From Lama glama (lineage: Eukaryota), in assembly GCA_028534125.1 (NCBI GenBank), contig CM052818.1, forward strand, positions 15,750,001 to 15,814,000: a stretch of 64,000 nucleotides of DNA. The letters are read 5' to 3'. The notes below the pieces were generated by a model that saw nothing but the letters and a program-made list of their open reading frames with translations, was not told the origin of the DNA and searched no databases. The translations under genes and the position numbers were made by a program. How positions within the stretch are numbered: position 1 is the stretch's first letter; each line of letters starts with the position of its first letter. Below are positions 52,990 to 64,000 of the stretch, in pieces.

Positions 52990-53660
52990 CCTCATTCATT
53001 CAAATTACATGCATTCATTTCAGACCTACTATGTATTAGGAACTGCATTAAGGGCTAGAAATTCTGTGTTAATTCTTTATCTGATAAAGTCCTTAGACAT
53101 GTGGAGGCTGCATTCTAGTGGTGGACAACAGAAAAGAAACTAGTAAGTGGAAAAGGTAAGTGCTGAGGGCTGTGAAGAAAATAAATGGAGGTGGTGTGAC
53201 CAACACTGTCTGGCTAGCGGGATTACTTAAGACTGAGTGGCCATCAAGAAATCTTCTCTAAGGAAGTGATATTTGACTTGAGATGTGTGTGAAAAAACAG
53301 AGCCGATCAAAGGAAGATTTGGAGGCAAAAGATTCCAGGCAGAGGAGTTAACAACAACAACAAAGAGCACAGAACCCTGCAGGCAGGAGCAAACCTGGCA
53401 TGGCTGGGGAAAGAAGGCTCAGGTGAGTGAGGGCGAGAACACTACCTCAGACAAGAAAGGCAGGTAGGGGAGAGTCCATGGAAAGCCTTGTGAATCAAGG
53501 TAAGGGCATCATGTTATTTTAAAGGCAAAGGTAAGCCATTTACATGTTTTAAGGAGATAAGTGGCATTTATTCATTCATTTCATTATTATTTAGCACCAC
53601 TGATATGCCAGGCATCGATCTAGGCAGAAGACTGTGCAACTACAGACAATAAATCCCCAT
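52990..53660 (-). mobile_element. L2 LINE 3' fragments, two tails
   Basis: cattcatt tails at about 52993 and 53570; cctactatgtattaggaactg; gcattctagtgg; aggaagtgatatttgacttgaga; attccaggcagagg. Confidence 0.75.
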
Positions 53661-53703
53661 CTCTGACCTAGGGGATGTCCCTTCAGCTGCCTTGGAGAGG
53701 ATC

Positions 53704-53717
53704 GTTTACATGGCAAC
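53704..53717. promoter_or_regulatory. Candidate RFX X-box (GTTTACATGGCAAC)
   Basis: Perfect ATGGCAAC half-site with a correctly spaced GTT on the other side. Confidence 0.35.
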
Positions 53718-54339
53718 AATGTCAGAGACTGTTGGGAACCTAGAGTAGTAATTCAGACAAGAGACAAGGTTGTAGTTTAACTAGGGTAATTTTTGTCTGT
53801 ATCACAGGTATTTTTTTTAAATACACATCATAGGGGTATTTTAGCCATTATATCATCTAACATTACATTGCCGTATAGTAAATGCTCAAAAATTAGAAAT
53901 ATTAGTGTTACAGAGCAGCAGAGAGGATCATTCCAAATTCCACAGATTGTGAGGATGAGAGCCTACCAACATTCACTGGGTTCAGAAAAGAGGAACAGAA
54001 GCTGTAAATAACTGGCTACTTAGTAACTGTCATGACTAAGATATGAGATTGACAACAAGGGATTGTTACACACGAACAGTGATCTCTGAACACCATTTAC
54101 TTTTCTCTCGATGAGGGATTGTAATAGGATGGAGAAATGGAAAAGAATCTAAGACTGAAGTGATGTTAGTCCTAATGGCATCCCCAAAGTGTGCTATTTA
54201 TCGTGGATGCTGAAAAAGTACACAATTCCAAGTTGCTGTTTAGAGAAATGAAATCGCAGTTAGGAATTCTTTGCTTTATACGTCTTCAGTTGACAGATAC
54301 AGACACCTGTAAGCATACAAATACACACGCATGTGTGTG

Positions 54340-54615
54340 CTGTTTGTGTGTTTATTTTGCTGAACCACTTCAAGTAAGTTGCAGATCCACATATCCACTC
54401 CCCAAATGCTTCAGCATGGATAGCCTAAGAATATGGCCATGCTCCCATATAACTACAGTATAACCATTATCAAAATAAACAAAAATCACTACTATCACTA
54501 ACACACAGCCTGTATTAAAATTTCTCCTGTTACTACAAAAGTGATCTTACAGTATTTTTTTAAATGTACAAGATCCAGTGAAATTTTCAGATGGCATTTG
54601 GTGGTTAGATTCCTT
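54340..54615 (-). mobile_element. Old L1 (L1MC-like) 3' end
   Basis: ttgctgaaccacttcaagtaagttgcaga...aaatgcttcagcatg...cctaagaat...catataactacagta. Confidence 0.7.
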
Positions 54616-54819
54616 TTTGCTTATGCTGATTATCTTTGAATACATGATTACCTTAAAGGTTACAAAATGCTGATTTTAAAAATATTTCTTCCTTACATTA
54701 AAAGATCATTTACACTTTGGAAAAATAAAATATACTTTTAATGTCAAGAAAATATGAAGAAATTAATATGACTGATTTTTCCATCAAACAAGGAAGATCT
54801 GTGCTGAGCATCTAGTTAG

Positions 54820-55382
54820 TCTTGTTTTCTTGGTATACCTGCTCCCCCCCACGCCCCTTTTCCATTTCAGGTAGCAGAACCTCAGTTTTCTTCTATAGGA
54901 GCCACACAGTCCTATTCATGGGTTTGGGGAGGAGGGGGCATTCCTTCCCTTCAGCTTAAAATAGAACCATAACTCATGGCTGCGGAATTAGAGACTTCTA
55001 TTCCCTCGGCTGGCTACAGAACAGGGATGGGTATGTGACCCAGGTCAGATGGTCCAGCATCAGTTCTAGGATCTTGGAACTGTTAGAAAGGAGATTTCTC
55101 CTTCTCTGGTATTGTTATATGTAGGATAACTCAATCAGGAAATTCATACTTATGTCATATAAACAGTTGGCCTGAAAAAAGAAACAGAAAGCATTTACAA
55201 GCAAGTGAAGTACAGAGAAAAGCTGACCGCTGAGGTCCTCACAAGCCCTTAGACCCAACCACTCCTGGAACTAGTCTGACTACAGACTTTCCACCAAGTT
55301 AACCTGTAAATTACTTCCCTTTACAGCAAAAGCCACAAGGAGTTGAGTTTGTCTTTTGCAATGGAATCATCCTGGCTAATAA
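54820..55382 (+). mobile_element. ERVL LTR16-like LTR
   Basis: cagggatgggtatgtgacccagg...; 3' end gagttgagtttgtcttttgcaatggaatcatcctggctaata. Confidence 0.6.
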
Positions 55383-57274
55383 TGTATCTCTTAATCTTTG
55401 TAAAGTTTAGATTAGAATAAGCCTTTGATGGAATCTCCTCAGTTCATAGATCAAGAAGTTCCGATCCAGAGCAGTTTTGAAAATTGCAAGATTTTACAGC
55501 TACTTATCTGTAGAGCTACAACTAAAAACTAGGTTTCTAGACTCTGTTTAGTCCCTTCTTCTACCTCTTGCAATTTGGCTTCAAGGTATATTCTGTGTGA
55601 ATACTAAAAGTTATGCAATGATGAACAAGATTGTATTAATCTTTATGTGAACAAATCAAAGAAACCAGGTAACAAGTTTTCTTCTGAAAAAGATTCAACG
55701 TTTCATTTGAACTTAATACCTTCTGTAATTATTGGGGCCTTTAATATCTTAGTGACAATCAAGTTCATAACCCTCCAACCAAGAAACATACAAACTACTA
55801 CAATGCCATTCATGCAACTGGACTTTCTTAGAGATGAAATCACTTTATAACTATTCTCCCACTATTTTCTACGATTGCTGTCTACAAATATTCTGTTCTA
55901 CAGGGAATCATAATTTAATGAAATTTCATTTTATTAGCTATTAACTATGTATCTGATCCAGATATTTGCTGTTTTAAGGGGAAGAAAAAATAGACTACAT
56001 TTTAAAGTTTCATGTAATACTGTTTAAAAAAGTGTGATAATTACAATTTAAATTCCCCAAATATACTGTATATCTCTTTTCTCCAGATCACCTATTTGAA
56101 ACTCAGATTTTGTGCATTGTAAAGTTATTTTCTTTCATTAACTTTCGTAAGAACATTACAGAGAAGCCATAATATCCTGAAATACATACACACAATCTAG
56201 CAATCTGGAAATGCAGTATTTACGTCAGACTCAAGAAATAACACCATTCCTCTCTGGCTGCACTAGGGAGTGATATGAAAATGACCATTTATTTTGTACT
56301 GTTGTTTTCTTGCACAGTCTACCCATAGGGTACTTAAATAGTTGATTTTCTCTTTTGCCATCTCTCTAGGTTAAAAACAAAAATATATCCAGCTACCAAG
56401 AAACTAAATAGGTTATTTATGTTTCACTTGTCAAACGTATATTTTCTTAGTATCCTCTGAGCCAGATTTGAGGAGCAGGTAAAGCTAGGGTGGAGGTTAT
56501 TTCACATATATTTGATCTGTAATTCTAAAGAGGTACAGTTTTTCTTTTTTTCCTCTCTTCCCTGTTCAGCTGGTCCTCTACCGTGTCAGCAATAATGGAA
56601 CCATTGTGCTTTAAATTGTTTCTATGGAATCCCACAGGGTCAAGTAGCCAAACTGAATGACTTTAATTTTCCAGTAGGAGATTGTGGCAAATCAGCTCAT
56701 CTGTATAATCAAAAGTCTTCACTTTTCTGCCCACTGCTCCCTCATTCTTAAATCACAAAACATATGCAGTGTCTACATGGATGAGAGGTCCCTGGAATAA
56801 GGTATGACCAACTCTCCTTTTTCTTAGGTTTTTTGATCATTTCTTAAGGCTGACTACCAAAAACTTCTTTATCCAGCAGAAAAGTACTATTAACATACAT
56901 GAAGCTTAATAAATTCAGCTTAATTGGACGCTTTTTTGTTACATGAAGGATTCAATAAGCAACAGTTCCATGCCAGAGTTTGTCTCCCCTACTTGCCACA
57001 TAAGTCAACTTCCCCACCTGTTATCCTAGTGCTGCCTTCTCTTGCTTACCTCTAGTCTCAGTTTGCTACCACGAAATTCATCAGCTACAGGAAAGGAGAA
57101 GGAGGGAGCTGTTACATTCTTTCCAATGAGGAACACTTTAATCCTCTGTTGATGCATTAAAGATGCAATGCCAACTTGACCAAATTGAAAAATTCCATCA
57201 TCTACCACAACTAAAAAGGCATGGGGTTCCACTGATGGCAATATTGGGTTAGGCACCCTGGCAATGCTTCCACT

Positions 57275-58520
57275 GAGAACTTAAAATGTCTTGGATACAG
57301 TATTTTAAAGCATCTTTTAAAGTACATTTATTGGTCTACAAGAATTAAGAGACTCTTCTGAGTCCAAAATGTTAGTGAAAATAGAACCCAGAGAGGTAAA
57401 CAGAGCAGTGAAATTGGCTTTTGTTTTAGGATCTTTGCCAATTTTTATTGATTTTTAGCTTTTATGTTCTATGAGTGGAGCTGGAGAGGTCGAAATAGAA
57501 AGAGACATCGTTTAGAAATCTACTGAAGTGGAGAGTGTAACAGAAGACCCCCTGCCGCAGGTAACTGGTACCCTGGAACACCCACCAGTGTAATCATGAC
57601 CAGAAATAATCTATGTACCTTCTCAAGGGGAAAGGAAGCATGGAAAACACCTGTCTGAAATCTTCGAACTGGGCTGGGAATAAAGAAACCGCCCCTGAAA
57701 ATGCATGACCACAGCTGATCCTCATGACAGTAGGTAACAAAAACCTTTAATCCCAGAATTTAAGTCAGGCTGATCCCAGGAAGTTAATACTCTGAGGTGC
57801 TTGTCCCAAACAGTAAAAAACAACCAAAAAAAGCAAAAACCAAACAAACAAAAAACACTGTGGCGCACTAACTTTTGACTCAGATGCCAAAAGATCCCAA
57901 GTAATAAATTTGCCAGGAATATGCATACAGTTGATAATCACAAAAGTTGAAATGCAGTGAGACTGCATGAGCGAAACCAGCAGAAACCACAGTCATTACA
58001 ATCAAAACGCTAACTACAGAGATGTTAGATTTCCCACAATTAAAGATTAGTGTCTTTAATATGCTCCAAGAAATAAAATACAGGCTTGAAAATAAGAACG
58101 AGCGTGTAAGATTGCCAAAACAGTTTTGAAAAGGTACCAAAGAACATCTAGAAATAAAAATTTCAATAGGTGAAATTAAAGCTCAATGAACATTTTATAA
58201 GAGATGGAAGGAAAACAAAGTGTTTAAAGTTTCTGGAACTGTTTTTAAAGTCAACATTTATACTCAATTTAACAAAGAGGAATACATTTGGAAATTACCC
58301 ACATCCAGACTTCATGTAATGAAATTTCAAAGCAACAACCAAAAAATAAAAGGATTTTTATCACAAATATCAACATATACAAAAGGGGCTGTAACTGCTG
58401 TGAATAAAAAGGCTATTTACAACTTTATGTCAACAAATATAAAAACTTAGCTGAAGTAGAAACACAGCAAGAAAAAACATTAAAAATTAACTAAAGAAAT
58501 ATAAAACTTGAATGACCAAT
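57275..58520 (+). mobile_element. Old L1 5'/ORF1-type (HAL1/L1M-like) fragments
   Basis: cccagagaggtaaacagagcagtgaa...; ORF1-like tttaatatgctccaagaaataaaa...gaacatctagaaataaaaatttcaataggtgaaattaaa. Confidence 0.55.
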
Positions 58521-58649
58521 GTTCAAATGTATACATACATATCTCACACCATGACAAAAAAAAAAACAAGGCAAAAACTGGCAAAAGGAATTGCTTATAA
58601 GCAGACTTCAGCTTTTCTTCCACAAATACCCCACAACACAAACAGTGAA

Positions 58650-59172
58650 AGTGTTCTTTGTAATATGACCCAGCCTCATCTCATTGCACCCAGGGCTAGA
58701 CTTAGACTGTGCTCCACAAATTTTACTACTTACAGTTTGCAAATTCCGAGCCTTCCTTTGTTTCTGGTCTTTGCCTGAGCTGCTGCTGCTGCTTCTGTCT
58801 GAAACCTCCTCTCACCTACCTCCTCTTATCTCCTTCCTTTCAGGAAACTTCTGCTCATCATTAATGATGTAACTCAGGTGTTACCTATTCTAAGTGGCCT
58901 GTGTAACTCCCCTCACCGGATCCCCATCTTGAATAATGGTCTTCCCACGTGTATCCACAATTGAATGAGTGCCTCCCTCCCTGCAAGCTTTTATCACTTG
59001 TGTTATAAGCAATCTATTTCTCAGCCACCTCTCCCAGCAGACGGAGAGCTTCTGAGGACAGCGATTTTGACTTTTGTTCTTTTGCTTCTGTGCTGTTCTT
59101 CAAAATTTAGACCAGTGGTTAAATATAATCGTTCACATCAAGGTGTTCAGTAATTCTCTAATGAATGAATGC
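58650..59172 (+). mobile_element. L2 LINE 3' region
   Basis: tctgctcatcattaatgatgtaactcaggtgttacct...gagcttctgaggacag...ends in an aatgaatgaatg tail. Confidence 0.7.
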
Positions 59173-60605
59173 AATTCATCTTGATATTATTAGCCATTTA
59201 TTTCATCCATCTCATAGTTCTCATCAACAAGAAACTTTCTGCTTAATTTCCCTGTAATTTTTTTGGTGAGAAAAGAATGTATCTATATCAGAAGTGAATG
59301 TGTTGTCTGATTAATGGTCTGCCCTAAATTTAAAATTTGGCACTCTGGCTCTTATGTCGATATCTCCCAAATGTTGTAAGAGTGAATCAGTTTTCTTGAT
59401 TTCATTCGTAAGAGCTAGATCCAGAACCATAGTATACTGACCAAGATAAATGCCACCTGTTGAGGGTTTGGATAGGCAGCCCCAACTAGCCTTTCTTTAC
59501 ACAAATTTCTCCATTTAGTCTTCTTTCTTCCAGAGACATCCTCACAGCATTCTTCAAACTAAGAACGAACATTAGAAAAATTGTTTCTTCTTTTTATTGC
59601 AAATATTTACATTCTACTTGATTTGAGGCAGCCCGCATTAGGGGATAAAGGCAGGTTTTGGTAGCTGGTAGATTACAGCTCATTTTGGTTCTGACACTTA
59701 GTAAATGGATGCTCCAGGAAGTTTTATAGCCTTTTTAAGCACATTTTTCATTTCTAAATAGGACAACAATCTCTACTTAACTTGCTATGGAAATTCCATG
59801 TAAACATCTGGCCCATTGCCTTGTCCCTGCTAGGCCCTCAGCTGGTTCACTTCCCGTCCCTGTTGCGTAATGAGCATGCTACGGCCTCTTACGATACTTG
59901 AAATGCAACTTTTTTTTTTTCCTGCTAGATTATAAGCTTCACGTGGGCAAACACTTCATTGTAACAATTTTGCATATTATCATACCTTGCACATAATAAA
60001 AGCTCAATAAATTTGGTGAATTTGGTGAATGTCCACACTTATGTCATCTTTTCCAAGTATGCAGGAAACTGCTTTTTAACAACCTGGATTTGTTTCCTAC
60101 CTTAATAGTGAACATCTAAGAAGCATTTGATGGCTCAGAGCTGTGTTTCAGGACCAAGTGCAAGTCACAGACATCACAGAGCTGGTGTTGCTTCTTGACC
60201 TTCTGACGGGTACACCTACGTTCTCCACCCACCAGGTCTGCCTGTGCTCATGTCGTGCAGAACTCCAGACCTCTCTTTTCTTCCTGGGTATCGCTAGTCA
60301 GCCTCATCTTCCCTATCTTTCCCACTATCCATCTCTATTTTATTTTTTCCCCCAAAATAAAATATTTAATGTTACCTAAACAAAAATATTTTCTTCCACA
60401 ATATACCTTTGGGCAGGCTGTTTATCTGGACTACTATTTTTTCATTTCTTTGCCTGGAAAACCCCTATTCACTCAAGGCCCAGCTAAAATAGGTACTTTC
60501 TCATGAAGCATTTTCTGACTCCTTGACAGCGTTTCATGTTTCCCTCTGCACCCTGTCAACTAAAGAAAATGCACACGTGAGAGTTAAGTTTTCCATCGGG
60601 CGAAA

Positions 60606-61105
60606 NNNNNNNNNNNNNNNNNNNNNNNNNNNNNNNNNNNNNNNNNNNNNNNNNNNNNNNNNNNNNNNNNNNNNNNNNNNNNNNNNNNNNNNNNNNNNNN
60701 NNNNNNNNNNNNNNNNNNNNNNNNNNNNNNNNNNNNNNNNNNNNNNNNNNNNNNNNNNNNNNNNNNNNNNNNNNNNNNNNNNNNNNNNNNNNNNNNNNNN
60801 NNNNNNNNNNNNNNNNNNNNNNNNNNNNNNNNNNNNNNNNNNNNNNNNNNNNNNNNNNNNNNNNNNNNNNNNNNNNNNNNNNNNNNNNNNNNNNNNNNNN
60901 NNNNNNNNNNNNNNNNNNNNNNNNNNNNNNNNNNNNNNNNNNNNNNNNNNNNNNNNNNNNNNNNNNNNNNNNNNNNNNNNNNNNNNNNNNNNNNNNNNNN
61001 NNNNNNNNNNNNNNNNNNNNNNNNNNNNNNNNNNNNNNNNNNNNNNNNNNNNNNNNNNNNNNNNNNNNNNNNNNNNNNNNNNNNNNNNNNNNNNNNNNNN
61101 NNNNN
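60606..61105. other. Assembly gap of exactly 500 N
   Basis: Read directly. Confidence 0.99.
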
Positions 61106-61189
61106 ATCAGTGTCAATTACAAGGTGTAGATTTTGATTTTATCAGACAGCAATGAGTACAGAAAGGTAGGTATTGTGGAAAATGACATT

Positions 61190-61620
61190 TATTACTGAGA
61201 AATGCTTTCAGCTGCAGGTAACAGTGGTTTAAACAGAATAAATGTGACTTAAGGAGACATTGTTGCTTTAGGAAAAAATCTGAATGTTGTCAGTTGTTTT
61301 GGGCATTATTTTAGCTACTGGCCAATGTTATCAGGGCCTCTTATTCTTTCTATTTTTCTGCTTTGCTATGCTTATATGGTCAGTTTTTATCCTCATGCTT
61401 GTCTCATCTCATCTTAGTAGCAAGACTGGTTATAACAGCTTCAATCGTTCCATCTGCATTTAAGGCACACTGACAACCATGTCTGATGTCCTCAGAGAAA
61501 AGTAAAAGCCTTCCCAGAATCATTCTCTTAAAAGAATTGACTTTATATCTCATTGACCAGAAATGGATCATATGGTCACCACTAGATTCAAAGCTATGTG
61601 ATAAAGGGAGGAACTTGAGT
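61190..61620 (-). mobile_element. MaLR LTR, MLT1J-like
   Basis: aatgctttcagctgcaggtaacagtggtttaaaca...ttctttctatttttctgctttgctat...tctcattgaccagaaatggatcatatggtcaccactag. Confidence 0.7.
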
Positions 61621-64000
61621 ACCCCAAATGACCTAGACCTATGCAATGGTTCTGAAACTCGGCTACACACTTAGGTCAGTGGTTGTCAACCAGCGTTTTA
61701 AAATATGAAAAGTATGTGTCTGTCTTGTGGGTAGGTAAGAAACTGGAAACAGTCATTGACAAAATTGTAAATTCTTTTAGTGGCTCCATGTGAAAAAATA
61801 GTCTTTCTTTCTCCCCTTACTGAACTCTTTCATATCAGTTACCAACAGGGCATTTAACGGTTTAACTGAACTGCTTCCTTCATAAAATACGTGGAAGGAG
61901 AACATTCATTTTACTTATCATCATGCTAGTCTAGAAAAATGAAAAAAAGATGTTTGTATAGGAAAAAAATGTGAAAGAATTTTAAATGGATCAACATAAC
62001 CACTAGCTTCCTTCTAAAATTCATTGTCTGGGAACACTCACCCAGGTTATCTGATTCTACAAATCTCTATGCCTTTCACTATCTTTGAGCTACTTTACAA
62101 CTTTGTAAGTTACAAATAACTGTTATGAATGCAAATAATTCTTATTGATAGACATAAATATAAGTTTTGTTTGGTGGAATTATAATTAACACCTCTCCTT
62201 CCCCTACTATGTCATACATCAATTTTCCATCTATGTTAGGTTACTTTGAATTCTTCTTTGAACCAGTTATAACATGCTACTGGTTTACTCCTTAATTAAT
62301 GAGTTAAACAAAATGCTTGACATGTTTTGATTTTATAGTTGTATGAGAATCATAATTATACTCTAAGTTATTCTTTAACAACTGAAAAATGCAAACGTTA
62401 ATAGGTAAAAGAGACTTTGACTTGACTGTGTTTCTGAATTGGTCTTAGCAAAAGTCTTCTTATTACTATAAATAAAATCAATAGTTGATTCTACTGAGTT
62501 ATGAGTAGAAGATGTTTCACCAACGGTTTGAAATCTAGATTTTAAACAAATAGAAATAATAACAACAACTAAACAATATACCTGGAGAAAAAAGTAGCTA
62601 AAGAAAAACATCATCAAATTTATCAAAAGCTCTTTTACATTTTGTGCTTCATAGTCCTAAATTCAGATGATCACCCTCTGTCTTTCACTGTTTCTTTTAC
62701 TCTGTCTTTTCTAGGGTAACAAGAACAAAAACAACAGTACAATACTTAAGAATTCTTGAAGTGACTCAAGTTTGGGCATATTTATTTTAAGAACTGGCAT
62801 TAGTTTTTCATAAAAAAATGTAAAATAGGTGAAAGTCTTTAATTTTTCTGAATATATAAAAAAAGTTTCTAGAATGTTAAATTTTATCCAAGACTAGTGT
62901 TTAGGACTTATGTAGGGATTTTAAAAATGTGCCTTTATTACCAAAACAATTAGCCTGTTTTTAAAACTCTGTTTCATGATATCAAGTATTGGATAAGTGA
63001 AAAATAAACAAAAGCAAAATTAGTATGTTCATTTACTCTGAATTGTTAGTGACTTCTAGGAAAAGTATTGTTCCTTCTAGGAAAGGAGCTTTTAATCATT
63101 GACTGTGGGATTTCAAGTATCTTGGTAGTTCAGTGTCAGCTGTTTTGTGGGGTCAACTCACACATTTTATTAACCTCTGAATTTTACCATATAAACTTCA
63201 TTTTATTTTGTTTAGTATATACTCTCTGATCTGTATAGTCACAATACTCACTCTCTGGTCTGTACACAGTTTGAAATATTCATCTTCGGTCTGTTACAAG
63301 GTACATTAAATAAATCTATTTTTTACAACAGGAACATTCAACTTGGGTCTAGTAATGTGAATAAACTTTGGACAAAATTAGTCAAATACCAAATACTTTT
63401 TACCCTATGGATTTAGCCAGTCAGCTTGAAATTTAATTTATACCAATATGCATGAAGATTTGGTGAAGTGGAAAACATTCTCCATAGGGACTAATCTACA
63501 CTATAAACTTTTCCCACTTGTAAAACAGGGGGTGATGGAATGTTTCAATTGCAAGAAAAGAAATAGCCATTATAGAGTAATAACCACAAGGAAAAGATGT
63601 GTTCCACCTAGAATGTTTATAACCTGCAGACTAAGAATGGGACCACCTGAACCAAGGATCCATCTTGCTCTTAATGAAATCTGAGCCAGATCATTGCGTG
63701 CTGGGAGTATCACTGTTGGAAATAGCTCTGTGACAAATGAGTTGCTCGATTCACCCAAGTGGATCTAACAACCATTTACCTGAACAGTTGGAGTCATTTT
63801 TCTGGCCTGAATGAGGTTTTAAAAACAAAAACGAAACAAAAACAAAAAGTCTGATAACAGCTCTGCTTATCTACCTTGCCAAAAGTACAGCTGGTACATC
63901 TATGTTTAATGAGATGAAGGGTGCATAAAATGTTTTGTAGATCATGTTCGGCAACATCTCAAGAGAAAGATTTAAGTTCTATTTGAGCAGCCATTTCCAC

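Noticed and set aside
57060..57270. Plus-strand peptide GSCYILSNEEHFNPLLMH as a pseudogene remnant
   Set aside because: The frame has stops at about random frequency and I cannot assign it to any family.
60523..61155. 210-aa and 186-aa ORFs
   Set aside because: Artefacts of translating through the N gap.
1..64000. CRISPR-like arrays, tRNA/rRNA/snRNA genes, ERV internal genes, processed pseudogenes, horizontally acquired DNA
   Set aside because: No regularly spaced repeats, recognisable structural RNA, gag/pol/env motifs or compositionally foreign segment seen by eye; small or highly diverged elements could have been missed.

Overview
AT-rich, CpG-depleted mammalian genomic DNA that looks intergenic or deep-intronic. 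The lineage is probably cetartiodactyl and most likely camelid, inferred from the young L1 3' UTRs and the lack of any ruminant- or pig-type tRNA SINE. I could not support any protein-coding gene, RNA gene or CRISPR-like array. The ORFs that can be assigned are broken pieces of L1 ORF2 and Tigger1 transposase; the rest look like chance ORFs. Much of the window is transposon fossils: young and old L1s, a near full-length Tigger1 (29846-32175), a Tigger2-type MITE, MER20B/MER58/MER5-type hAT elements, many MaLR/ERVL LTRs, and MIR/L2/L3. There is a 500-N scaffold gap at 60606-61105. I did not find a convincing new biological system. The most unusual signals are several short copy-paste footprints of nearby sequence that resemble templated DNA-repair insertions, an L1 3' end nested in another L1 without a clear TSD, and a few motif-rich or CpG-retaining unique stretches that may be enhancers, insulators or non-coding exons. 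Repeat subfamily names come from recall of consensus sequences, not a database search, and boundaries of old repeats are approximate.
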